From Mobula hypostoma (taxonomy: Eukaryota), in NCBI RefSeq assembly GCF_963921235.1, contig NC_086109.1:16432001-16496000 (forward strand): a stretch of DNA of 64,000 nt, in the 5' to 3' direction. The notes beneath the pieces were generated by a model that was not told the origin of the DNA, searched no databases, and was given only the letters and a program-made list of their open reading frames with translations. The position numbers and the translations under genes were made by a program. This document shows positions 11,125 to 22,998 of the stretch, one piece after another; the stretch's first letter is position 1, and every line of letters begins with the position of its first letter.

Positions 11125-13120
11125 ACAGGCCCTTTGGCGCATTATGTTGTGCTGATCAATACAAACCCTATCCACGATCAGTCTAACCCATCCCTCCTAC
11201 ACAGCCCATTTTTCTTATATCTATGTGCCTGTTTACGAGTTTATTAAATGTCCTTATTACATCAGATTCTACAATATCCTCATCTGTGTAGATACCTACC
11301 ACTCTGTTTTAAGAAGAACTATCTCTGACATCTCCCCTAAACTTTCCTCCAGTCACCTTAAACAGATACAGGTGCCCCCGCTTTTCGAACGTTCGCTTTA
11401 CGAAACCTCACTGTTACGGAAGACCTACATTAGTACCCTATTTTCGCTTTCAGAAGGTGTTTTCACTGTTACGAAAAAATATTCAGCGCGCAATAAAAGG
11501 CAGCGCGCCCCAAGCAGCTGCTCTCCCCCTGATTCTCGCCAGCATTGCTTAAACACGTGCCTGTAAGCAGCCGTTTGCAAGATGAGCTCTATGGTATCGG
11601 AAAAGCCTGAAAGAGCTCATTAGGGTGTTACACTTACAGTAAAACTAGACATAATTAAAGCATTTTGATCGTGGTGAACACAGCAAGGACAACGTGAGTT
11701 TGGCTTGTGGAAGCTGATGAACATGATGTTGAAGAGGTTTTGGCATCCCATCACCAAGAACTGACAGTTGAAGAGCTGATGCAATTGGAAGAAAAAAGGA
11801 TAACAATCGAAACCGAATGAGTAATGATAAAGTACGACTTTAATTTTGAAAGGGTAGGTCGGTTTAGGGGATATTTGCAGGATGGTTTGAGTCCTTATTA
11901 AAGAACTGTGTGATAGAAAGATACGAGAGGCTCAGCAGTCAAGCATGCCTTCCACATCAGCCACAGCAGACAACGAATCTCGACCTTTGACATCGAGGCA
12001 GGCAGTCATAGGAGAAGATGAGCTGCCTGCTCTAATGGAAATAGGCGATGAGATGACACCCCAGTGTCCCACCACCCCAACCCCCAGGCCACGGGCAGAT
12101 ACCGATTCGCGGAGAATGCAAAGGTAGTTGGGAGGCACACAGCATATCTTTAAGAAAAAAGCCTAAATAAACCTACTAATTAATTACGGGCGGCACCTGA
12201 TTAATTAGCTTGTTTGTTTCGGCTTTTTTCTTAAAGATGTGCTGTGTAGCTCCCAGCTACCGCTGGACCCCTGCATTCTTCGCGGCAATGTATCGCTCAG
12301 TGGCCTGGAGGGTGGGGGCCACTGCACCACCCAAACTCCGACAAGTCTAACACACCATCATCAGTGTGCTCGGCAAGCCGTCTTCCCCACTCCCATAAGT
12401 GATACTACGCTGTACATACATTATTTCTACTTTATATAGGCCGTGTATTTTTATGTGTTATTTGGTATGATTTGGCAGCTTCATAGCTTAAAGGTTACTG
12501 GAGACCACTTGCGCGTGTTTTTGCCAACAGCGCTTGCGTGAGATTTTCTGCCGACGGCGCTTGCGTGAGATTTTCGCTACGGAGAACAGTGCAGTAATGA
12601 TTGTGGAAAAGTATTTCTACTTTATATAAGCTGTGTATTTATCATATCATTCCTGCTTTTACTATATGTTACTGTTATTTTAGGTTTTATGTGTTATTTG
12701 GCATGATTTGGTAGGTTATTTTTGGGTCTGCGAATGCTCACAAAATTTTCCCATATAAATAAATGGTAATTGCTTCTTCGCTTTATGACATTTCGGCTTA
12801 CGAACCATTTCATAGGAATGCTCTACCTTCGGATGGTGGGGGAAACCTGTATCCTCCAGTGTTGGTTATTACCACACTGGGAAAAAGGTGCTGGATGTCC
12901 AGACTGTCTTTCCTCTCATATTATACACCTCTAACAAGTTGCCTCTCATCCCCCTTTGCTTCAAAGAGAAAAGCTCCAGATCATCCAACTTTTACTGGAA
13001 AAACATGCTCTGTAATCCAGACAGCATCCTGGTAAATCTCTTCAGCATCCTCTCTAAAACTTCCACTTCCTTTGATGAGGTGATCAGAAATGAACACAAT
13101 ACTCCAAGTGTGGCCAAACA
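11125..13120 (-). mobile_element. CR1 LINE 3' fragment split by a Tigger insertion
   Basis: CR1 3' end (aacaggccctttggcgcattatgttgtgctga) and RT C-terminal remnant (LERMLKRFTRMLSGL) lie on either side of 11369-12849. Confidence 0.75.
11369..12849 (+). mobile_element. Internally deleted pogo/Tigger-type Tc1/mariner DNA transposon
   Basis: TA flanks at 11367-68 and 12850-51 and imperfect TIRs CAGGTGCCCCCGC... / ...TGGGGGAAACCTG. Transposase remnants: N-terminal TLTVKLDIIKH and C-terminal EADEHDVEEVLASHHQELTVEELMQLE. Confidence 0.88.
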
Positions 13121-13162
13121 CTTGGAGCATGTAGGTGTTGCCCACAGTTTTACTGTACAGAA

Positions 13163-13378
13163 CACACGGGTTTCTGCAGAAACTGGAAATCTACAGTAAC
13201 ACACGCACAATGCTGGAGGAAGTTCACAGGTCAGGCAACAACTATGGAGGAGAATAAACAGCTGACATTTTGGGCCAAGACCCTTCATGAAGAAGGTTCT
13301 TGGCCTGAAACATTAACTGTATTGACCTCCATAGATGCTGCCTAATGTGCTGAGTTCCTCCAGCATTTTGTGTGCGCA
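13163..13378. mobile_element. Fold-back element made of two inverted Penelope 3' termini
   Basis: The left arm (aatgctggaggaa...gggccaagacccttcat) is the reverse complement of the right arm (gaaggttcttggcctgaaac...ttcctccagcattttgtgtg). The centre is at about 13288. Confidence 0.85.
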
Positions 13379-14630
13379 CTGTATAAAATCCCTGCTCGTA
13401 GGGCAGGGGTCACTCATTGAACCCATTGTTCATTACTTACTGAACAGCGCAAGGGTTACTCACCCTTTGTACTGGAGAGTAAGGGTTACTCACATAGTCC
13501 TGCTTGTAGTGTAAGGGTTACTCACAGTTTACTCTGCAGGGTAAGGATTATTCTCAATTTATTTGGGAAGAAATGAATGAAACAAATACAGTGAAACCTA
13601 TAAGACACCTCTTTGTACCGACGCTGGGAGGGAGCCTTTCAAAGTTAAGTGTTTGTGTGGGACGGAGCCTAGCTTCACATAATCTGGCTATTGTTCAGCT
13701 GAAATTCCGATTGCTTTCACCATCATTGTGTGCCTGTGGAGAAGCGATTTATAAGAAAAGGAAGTTGACGCTTACGCTTTGCCCGTGGGTGATGTTTCAG
13801 CAAGGAAATGTTACTGGAAGCTATTACATTCGCGTTGATACCAGTGCACAATGGCTTTCGGAGATGCCGGACTGGGAAGGAAATGAGGGCGTACTGCCAT
13901 TTGGGACTGGCTGTCTGATTCCTAACCATCTTGAATCCATCACAGTGACCTTTAACTTGCGGGTAATTGCGAAACGAAAGCAGGAAAGGGCAGTTGACAG
14001 GGTGTCAGTAAGCCTGATTTCACTATAATTAAACAGCAGGCCCCGTGTCTGGGGAGTGAGGACTCGATCACCTCCACATCTGGGTCACCCCGCACCAGGA
14101 AGGCTGGAACAGGAAGAGACTGGTATGGCCGCTTCTCAGACAGCAGTCCACTAAAGCCTACTGATGCACATAAGAAAACGACTCTCACCCTTCTGTGCAC
14201 ACTAAACCTGGAGTTCTCCTTTATTTGTGTTACCATTTGTGTTTGCACTTTCGGGCTGAGTGGCTGCAGTATGTGGGCGGCAGGGAGACAGGGCGGGTAG
14301 TACCTCTATGTCACAGCTCCAGTATCCCAGGTTGGATCCTGACCTTCGGCACTGTTGTAGACAGGGAACCAGCCCTTTCAGCCGACTTGTCCATGCCAGC
14401 CAAAAGCTTTCCACCTGGCTCAGCTTTCTCCCACATTCCAAAGGCATGCTGCTTGGCAGCTTAACTGGTTGCTGTAAGCTCCCCTGGTGTAGTTGGGTGG
14501 GCAGGTGCTAAGGCATAGACTACAGGAAAGTGAGTGGGGTAGTGGGACTGGTGGGAGAGCGGATGTAAGCCAGATGTGGGATTCCATGTTGTTTGTAAAT
14601 GTTCATGTAAAGGATATGAATTTAAGAAAT

Positions 14631-15125
14631 GACACACAAAATGCAGGAGGAACTCAGCAGGTTAGGCAGCATCCATGGGAATGAGTAAACAGTTTCAGGC
14701 TGAGTCTCTTCTTCAGGTCTGGAAAGGAAGAGGGAAGATGCCAGAATGAAAAAGGTGGGGGGGGGGAGAGGTGGAAAGAGGATAGCTGAAGCCGGATGGG
14801 TGGGGAATGTCAAGGTTGGAGAGGAGAGTGGGCCATTGGAGAAAGGGAAGGAGGAGGGGGCCCAGAGGGTGGTGATAGGTAAGAGGCCAGTGTGGGAATA
14901 GAAGAAGAGGGGAAGGGGGAGGGATTTATTTTAACTGGAAGCAGACATCGATATTTATGCCATCAGGTTGGATTCTCCCCAGACGGAATATACTTGTTGC
15001 TTCTACATCCTGGGGGTAGCCTCATCATGACCCAAGAGGGGGCCACTGACTGACATGTCGGAATGGGTATGGGAATTGGAATTAAAATGTTTGGCCTCTG
15101 GGAGTTCCTCTTTTGGAGTGGAGGT
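14631..15125 (-). mobile_element. Penelope-like element 3' fragment
   Basis: Remnant of the GIY-YIG C-terminus (EAKHFNSNSHTHSDMSVSGPLLGHDEAT) and the 3' terminus. Confidence 0.85.
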
Positions 15126-16159
15126 AGATGTAGAAGATAGCAGGAAGAGTCCATTCAAAAAGATCACAGGTGATCCAATTCTGCCCTTGGCTCGAATTAT
15201 CTGTTGTTTTCCCATAACCCTTAACTCTCCTGCAACATGTCTCACATGACATGTGGTTACAATAGGGTCTTTTAAGAGACTCTTGGAGCTTAGAAAAATA
15301 GAGGGCTATGGGTAACCCTCAGTAATTTCTAAAGTAAGTACATGTTCGGCACAGCATTGTGGGCTGAAAGGCCTGTCTTGTGCTGTAGGTTTTCTATGTT
15401 TCTACCTTAAAAATACAGATCCACGAGACTGCCGATGCTGAAGTCTGGAGCAACACATTCCTTTCCCCTCACTGAGTTCCTCATGGCTTTAAAAATATTC
15501 AATACCTCCGAGGCCAAGAACATTCCAAAGACTGCTGAACCTCAAGGAAGTTCCCCTTCATTTGCTCTTTAAATGGATGTCCGCATACTCTAAAACTCTA
15601 CCGTTATGAACTTGATTTCCCCTATCTCTCCAGTAAGGTATGATTCCATCTACCAGTCAGCACGTGACTTAGTGACTGAGTGGTAGATCCCGGGATTGCA
15701 CTGTATCTCTGTGTAGGGGTGACCCAGTAACAAAGGATGGAACAATGCTATGGTGTTTGACCCCGGAGAGATCCTTCCTTTCCACATATGACCAAAACAT
15801 TGAGGTTCTCCTAATCATTTTTGAGAAATGTGTATCTTCTGTCCTTTGCGACCAAGAATGTTTCTTGTCACTTAATCATTTTCTGTCAGTCACCTTATGT
15901 ACAGATACTCCTGTACCTAGTGTCACTTTATGTACATACAATCCGTGTATATGTGTATATAAGCTAATCTTACATATATATGGCCACACTCAAACAGATA
16001 TTTGAACTTTGTGCTTTTTAAAATTTTTTTTATTGTGTTTTTGGTTTTTTTTAAATTGAGATCTTAAGTTTATCTTATCCTATCTATTCTGCATTGGATC
16101 CGGAGCAACAATAATTTCATTCTCCTTTACATTTATATTTTGACAAATGACAACAATTT

Positions 16160-16400
16160 ATTTAGAGAGACAGCACGGAATAGACCCTTCCGGCCCCTTG
16201 ACCTATGCTGCCTAGCAACAACCAACAACCCCAATTTAACCCTAACCCAATTACAGGACAATTTATAATGATCTATTAACCTACCCAGTACGTCTTTGGA
16301 CTTGGGAGGAAACAGGAAGGATGTACAAACTCTTTACAATGGATGCCAGAATTGAACTCCAAACTCTGACACCCAAAGCTGTAATAGTGTTGTATAAACC
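16160..16400 (-). mobile_element. tRNA-derived V-SINE (one of many dispersed copies; others at about 18740-18975, 21735-21975, 25865-26145, 31230-31490, 46800-47080)
   Basis: Recurrent blocks ggacaatttacaatg / gtacgtctttggac / gaattgaactcc / gctgtaatag are shared among the copies. Confidence 0.75.
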
Positions 16401-17157
16401 ACGATGAGGGGAGTGGTCCCGTGTCAAATCCATCCGGCTCCTTGCATGCTTTCCATCTGCGCTGGGTTGATACTCTGGGATGATACCAGTTGTAGATAGT
16501 ACTATTGACACAATGTATACCTTGTTCATGTTCCATAGTCTTTCAATTTCCTCTTTTAATTCTGCATATTTCTGGTATCACTTATTGATTTCTGTATGTT
16601 TTTTGTGTTTGGAATAGTTGTAACTTTTAAATAAGTTGTACTTGCTTGTTTATCCTTTAATATATTTGAATGGTTATTATGGATTGTTCTATCTATAATA
16701 ATGGATCAGTCATAATATATTTTGTAGGCCTCTGACTCTAAAACAGGATCAAGCTTGTCTTTATAGTAAGATATGGTTTCCTTTAAGAGTTTGTATTTTA
16801 AAGCAAGGTTTTGGTAAATGATGTTTGTCACTTATATAGTAACATATACGAACTTAGCTAATAATTTGACTTTGATACTGAAGAAGGGTATAACCAATCC
16901 AGTGCCCTACTGAACACTCATCTCATCCCTGTACTCACGTGTTAAATTATTGAGATGATTGTAACTTATAACATGCACTTGAGGAATGATATTTACCATT
17001 GCTTCTACACCCTAATCAATATTATTTTAATTTGTAGTCATCTTCAACTTGTACCACACATAGCTGAGTGTTAAGATTTGATGGTAGTGTGGAAAGAATA
17101 AAATAGAACTAACATAGGATTAATGTAAATAATTGATTCCTTATGATTGCCATACCC

Positions 17158-17712
17158 AGGGGAGGTAGTGAGGACAAGCTCCCAGTGGATATTAAGTGCT
17201 CCCAATAGTGTGTGTCTCAAATAGCCTCTGACAACTAAGTTCAGCTCTTGGCCTTGATGTGTGGCTTAGCTACTAAGCCTGGGGGATCTGTTTCTACTGA
17301 CAAGAGAAAGGGCAAAGTCAGGTTACTGGCTCCTTAAAACCAGTTGCTTCGGGCAGATGGGGCTCATCAGCCGTGGTTGGCAGCTCGTGTAGGAAAAGGA
17401 AAACTCTGATCTCAAACCTCTGCTGCCTTGCTGCTATATCCACTCACTAGGAAGGCTTTGGGAGTAAACCCCAAGGAAAAATCTGGAGCTGGAGTCCCTA
17501 AGGCAGTCCTACATTGAGTTCAATGCTGACTGGCAACTCCTGCAATGCTGCTGGTGCCAAACTGCATCGGTTTCTGCCATTCATTTGGTTTATTCAGCCG
17601 CATGGAGACGGGGAGCCTACTGCATGGGCAATGGTTTGCTTTCCATAATTGTACTGCCCAGGCTTCTGTGACATGATATCCATGGTTAACCCAACCAATG
17701 GGTGGCCTCATC
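17158..17712 (+). mobile_element. Non-autonomous RTE-derived (bipartite) retroelement, no ORF
   Basis: RTE 5'UTR-like blocks (ggttggcagctc..taggaaaaggaaaactctga; gggagtaaaccccaagg). Its 3' part is homologous to the tail of the SINE at 59666-59965. Family assignment is from recall. Confidence 0.55.
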
Positions 17713-17854
17713 AGAGTAAATGGTTAGTGAGGATTTGTTGGCCTGAAGGGTCTGTTTCCATGACACAGACATCACATGGGTTTCTAACCCAGCTACATTG
17801 GTAAAAGTTTCTAATGTAAAATGTTATAATGGTATAATATATCCTGGGAGATCC

Positions 17855-18525
17855 TAGAAACATAGAAACACAGAAAACACACAATACAATACAGGCCCTT
17901 TGGTCCACAAAGCTGTGCCGAACATGTATTTAGTTTGGAAATTACCTAGGGTTACCCATAGCCCTCTATTTTTCTAAGGTCCATGTACCTATGCGGGAGT
18001 CTCTTAAAAGACCCTATTGTATCAGCCTCCACCACCATCACCGGCAGCCTATTCCATGCACTTTTCATTCTCTGCGTAAAAAAAATACTTACCCCTGACA
18101 TCTCCTCTGTACCTACTTCCAAGCACCTTAAAACTGTGCCCTCTCATGTTAGCCATTTCAGCCCTGGGTAAAAGCCTCTGACTATCCACATGATCAATGC
18201 CTCTCATCATCTTATACACCTCTATCAGGTCACCTCTCATCCTCTGTCGCTCCAAAGAGAAAAGAATAAGTTCACTCAATCTACTCTCATAAGGCCTGCT
18301 CCCCAATCCAGGCAACATCCTTGTAAATCTCCTCTGCACCCTTTCTATAGTTTTCACATCCTTCCTGTAGTGAGGTGACCAGAACTGAGCACAGTACTCC
18401 AAGTGGGGTCTGACCAGGGTCCTATATAGCTGCAACATTACCTCTCGGCTCTTAACCTCAATCCCACGGTTAATGAAGGTCAATACACCGTATACCTTCT
18501 TAACCACACAGTCAACCTGCTCAAC
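17855..18525 (-). mobile_element. CR1 LINE 3' fragment
   Basis: ORF 18049-18762 contains YRTLVRPHLEYCAQFWSPHYRKDVKTIERVQRRFTRMLPGL. CR1 3' end with a (CATAGAAA)-like tail. Confidence 0.93.
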
Positions 18526-18994
18526 CCTGTGACATGAGAGACGAGATTGTTTAATTTGTTTTTCTTTTTCATCCCACAGTATATTCAAAACTGGGAGTTG
18601 GAACACAGTCGGAGATAATTTCCTGGGAATAAGACACAGTTCATAATTAACAGAAGATCTTGGCTTCACATATTTTTTCTTCCTCTGGTTCTGGTAAGTG
18701 GAAATATCATAATGCATTCTCATTAGAATAAATTGGTCTTTATTTATTGAGAGATACGGCATGGTAACAGATCCTTCCGACCCAATGAACCCACATCAAC
18801 CAATTACACCCATTTAATCCATTAAACTTTTTGTCTTTGGAATGTGGAAGGAAACCAGAGCACTCAGAAGAAACCCATGGCGGTCATATGGAGAACATAC
18901 AAATTCCTTACAGATATCGGGTGGAGTTGAACCAGGGTCACTAGTGCCGTCGTGCTATGTTACTGCGATGCCCCTAATCTAATGTGTGATGGGA

Positions 18995-19217
18995 GGGGGA
19001 GGGAACATCGACTCAGACCATGAGAGGCCTGCGTTGGGCATTTTCATGCCTTACATGCTGTAGTCTGTGTGGGGCGCCACTCCTCGCACAGACTAGAGCA
19101 ATGTGTGGTTAAGTGCCTTGCTCAAGGGCACAAACACGCTGCCACAGCTGAGGCTCGAACTAGCAACCATGAGATAACTAGACGAATGCCTTAACCACTT
19201 GGCCACGTGCCCAACAC
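18995..19217 (-). mobile_element. tRNA-derived SINE with CORE-like central domain
   Basis: A box TGGCCAAGTGG, B box GTTCGAGCC and gtgcccttgagcaaggcacttaacc. About 13-bp TSD ATGTGTGA(T/A)GGGA at 18982 and 19218. Confidence 0.85.
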
Positions 19218-19964
19218 ATGTGTGAAGGGAAGTGTACTCTAAAGGGTTGAAATCATTCTGGAATGGTGCCCAGCCAAATACTGGCATGTGCATTAACTTG
19301 GGTGAGGCCTCTGTAGGAATAGTGCCTGCCTTGCTCAATGTATCTTTCTGGTTGCAAACTATCTGAACTATTTTTTTAAAGGTACTTTTGGCTAATCCTG
19401 TGATTGCTTCCATGCAGGCAGATCAGTAGACAAAATTATAGTCAAAGTAAATGTATTATCACTGTCACTGTTTGCTACCTTGAGATTCTTTTTTTTTGCA
19501 GGAAAATAAAGAAATACAATAGCATTTATAATAAATGTATAAATAACAAAGACTGAGAGGAAATCAGAGCACCTGGAGGAAACCCATGCTGTCATGGGGA
19601 GAACATACACACTCCTCACAGGCAGCGGCAGAAATGAAGCCAGGTTGCTGGTGCCGTAATAGCATTACACTATCTGCTACATTATTGTGCTGATCCTAAT
19701 CTGTAGGTCTTTAAAACTAATTGAGAAATGTACATAAGAGGGTGCACTATCACAAAGACTGTCAATGTAACACTATTCTGCATTCTCTTATTGCATTTCC
19801 TTTATACTGCCCCAATTAACTGACTTGATGAAATAATCTGTATGGATGGCATGCACAACAAAGATTTTCACTGTACCTCAGTATATGTGACAATAATAAA
19901 CCAACCACCAATTAATTATCAGGTTCTAATGAGCTGAAGTGTATTAGTAGGGATAAGAGTAACT

Positions 19965-20440
19965 TACACAAAACGCTGGAGGAACACGGCAGCTCAGGCA
20001 GCATCTGTGGAGAGGAATATACAGTTGACAATTTAGGCCGAGACCCTTCATCAGGACTGCAAAAGAAGTGGAAGACCAGAATAAGAAGGTGGGGGAAGGA
20101 AAGGATGGCAGGTGATAGGTGAAGCCAGGTGAGGGAGAGAGGATGGGGAGGGGTGGATGAAGTGAGAAGCTTGGGAGGTGGTAGGTGGAAAAGGTAAAGG
20201 GCTGAATAAGACAGAATCTGGTAGGAGAGGAAAGTGGGCCATGGGAGAAAGCGAAGGAGGAAGGCCACCTCAGGGAGATGATGTACAGGTGAGGAGAAGA
20301 GGTAAGAGGGGAGCTGGAATGGAAAACGAGAGAACTGGAGGAGCGAGAAATTTTTTGAAGTTAGAGAAATTGATGTTCATGTCGACAGGTTGGAGACTAC
20401 CCAGACGGAATATGAGGTGTTGCTCCTCCAGTTTGAGTTA
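19965..20440 (-). mobile_element. Penelope-like element 3' fragment with a mutated hammerhead
   Basis: Minus strand reads ...LEEQHLIFRLGSLQPVDMNINFSNF, then agtc-CTGATGA-agggtctcggcct-aaat (GAAA lost). Confidence 0.88.
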
Positions 20441-20476
20441 GGCAGTCAGGACAGGCACACCATTATTGCTGTAGAT

Positions 20477-20555
20477 CAGGAGTTCCCAACCTGGGTCCAC
20501 GGACCCCTTGGTTAATGGTAAGGGTTCACTGCATAAAAAAGGTTGGGAACCCCTG
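20477..20555. mobile_element. 79-bp hAT (Charlie-like) MITE
   Basis: TIRs CAGGAGTTCCCAACCT / AGGTTGGGAACCCCTG. An 8-bp TSD is not clearly preserved. Confidence 0.7.
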
Positions 20556-22787
20556 AGATGAACCTTTACGGTAGTGTGATGTCTATCTATCTTAGGATGC
20601 TGGAAATCCAGAGTACAAACCCAAAAGCTGGAGGTCTCCTGAAGAAGGTTCTCAGCCTAAAACACTGACTCTTTATTCATTTCCATAGATGTTGTCTAAA
20701 CTGTTGAGTTCCTCCAGTATTTTGTGTGTGTTACCAAGAACAATTTGCAAGTAAACAATTTAAAGTGTAGGGAATATTGGCATAAAGATTTGACACATTT
20801 TTTGAAATTGGTTTCAGCCAGCTGACATGTGGCATTTAAACCATTGCTTCCTATGCAGTTTTATTTTTAAAATAAGTAAACATTTTGTTTTTCAGATTGA
20901 CTTTAATAACAAAGAGTTTGGGTTCTGCTCAACAGAGAATCTGTGATCAGATTTTAAAATTTGAGGTTCCAACTTGTCTTTTATTCCTTCCTTTTCACAA
21001 ATGTTGCAGAATAATAGTAAATAGAGAAAATCAAATGCTTAGATGCTGAAGCAAAGTCAGTGGATGTACTGGAATGTGCTGGAACTGCTTCCAATTGACA
21101 TTTATGAATTGGGGCCAGTAGTCCAAGTCCAAGTCAAACTCAAACTGTGTAGCTTTGCAAAGGCAGGCGAGTCAGTCAGATAAGAGGCAGCTGCTCTGAT
21201 TTTATAGAATGAATTGGACCAAATATGAAAGTGGGCAGAACAATGGGAAATGCAATTTGCTAAAGAAAAATGCACAGTCCTACACATTGGTAAGAACCAA
21301 ATTGGCAACGCATGCAGTCTATGAATAATGTTGCAGAAAGCTGAGGAACAAATTGAGAGAGAACTGGCATCCTCCAATTACAATAGGATCATCAAATCAA
21401 CATCAGTGTCTGTTTCCAGACTAACGTTCCTAGCAACGAAGCCCCCGAGAGAACAACAGAACAAGTACAACTCCAAACAACCCAGCACTGTCCCATCAAG
21501 TGCCTGGATTGGTCTGCCACAGAGCAGTGATTCCTGTATTCTTGAATTCATCAAAGTTGTGGTTCACTTACAGCAGGCACCTTAGTTCCCTGGAGAGTTG
21601 TTACCGAGTCTCCTTGCAAAATTCTTCAGAGTCTGTGATTCTTACATTGGTCTCATCAGTCACCGTGGAACTTGGGTCTGAGCACGTCATCTTCAAAGCC
21701 GTGGGACATCAGATGAATTAGAATTAGTATGTGTTTATTGAGATGCAGTGCAGATTATGCATTTCCAGCCCTTCGAGCTGCGCCACCCAGCATTTAACCC
21801 TAGCCTAATCACAGGACAATTTACAACGGCGAAGTAACCTACTAATTGGTATGTCTCTGGACTGTGGCAGGGAATTGGAGCACCGGAAAGGAACCGTGCT
21901 TTCCATGGGGAGGATGTACAGATGACGTAAGAGTTGAACTCCAAACTCGGATGCCTCAAGCTGTAACAGTGTTGTTCTTTGGAACAGCAGCATTTCAGCA
22001 TTAAGTTCAGATCTAGGGCTTTCACAAGAGAAACTATTTGGTGTTCTTGGCAGTGGTCAGCAGTAACACTTTAATCCATGCCTCTGAAACCTCCCTGAAA
22101 ACTGTGCTCCACTGTACCTGGCTTTCTGATAAAGCCCTGTTTTCTTCACTTTGCCATTAGGGACAAACTTTCCACCATCCCAACTGTGTGAAGCTCTGGA
22201 ATTTCCTCCCTAAACTCATTGCCTTTCTCTGCCACTCCTGTAGGACCTCTCTCAAATCTTAGCACTTTGACCAAGGTTTGTTAACAATCCTAAGATTGGC
22301 TTAGCGTCAGTTACTGTCTTGAGTTCTTATGCAGACACTTGGGTCAGTTTTTCTACACTAAAATATAATCAGATTTATTATCACTAACATATTATGTGAC
22401 TTGTTTTACAGCAACAGTACGGTCCAAAGGTACAAAAATCTATGAATTACAAAAACAAAGAATTCAGAAAACTAATAATGAAGTCGTGTTTATGGGTTCA
22501 TATACCATTCATAAATCTGAGAGGGGAGAAGTTTAAATCGTTGAGTATAGGTCTTCAGGGTCTTGTATTTCCCCCGGATGGTAGTAATGAGAATTGGTTA
22601 TGTCTCAAACGTGAGGATCCTTAGTGATGGATGAGTGACCTTGATGGTGGAGAGAGTTGTGGCCATGATGGAGCTGGATGAGTCCAGCGATCCTGTGTAA
22701 TCCAGGATCCATGTGATGCAATCTGTCAGAATACTCGCTACTGTACATCTGTAGAAAATTGTAAGATGCTATATAAATGCCTAGAGT

Positions 22788-22998
22788 CGTTGTTGTTGTT
22801 TCTCTCCACACCTTGTGTGTGCATTGGGTAGCAACCTGTTGCCACTTCCTTAGCATTTGTCTGCTTTTTTTAACGAGGCTGAGTTGCCAGCTCGACGCTC
22901 AATCTAGCAATGATGGAAAACACGTAAGAAGCAGGTCGGATTTGAACCCAGGACCATTCGCCTCAAAGTCTGGTGTGGATGCCACTACACCACCGGCT
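22788..22998 (-). mobile_element. tRNA-derived SINE with (CAA)n tail
   Basis: Minus strand begins gccggtggtgtagtggcatc... with B box gggttcaaatcc and ends in a (caa)n repeat like the RTE tail. Confidence 0.7.

Noticed and set aside
13449..13550. Regularly spaced AAGGGTTACTCAC repeats as a mini-CRISPR
   Set aside because: Repeats (about 13-15 bp) and spacers (about 17 bp) are too short, with only 3-4 units in a vertebrate genome.
17221..17310. Possible HDV-like ribozyme in the RTE-derived element (CTCTTG/CAAGAG pairing preceded by CTGA)
   Set aside because: A P2-like helix and a candidate catalytic C are visible, but I could not build convincing P1, P1.1 and P3 helices in this copy. It needs a descriptor search on the family consensus.
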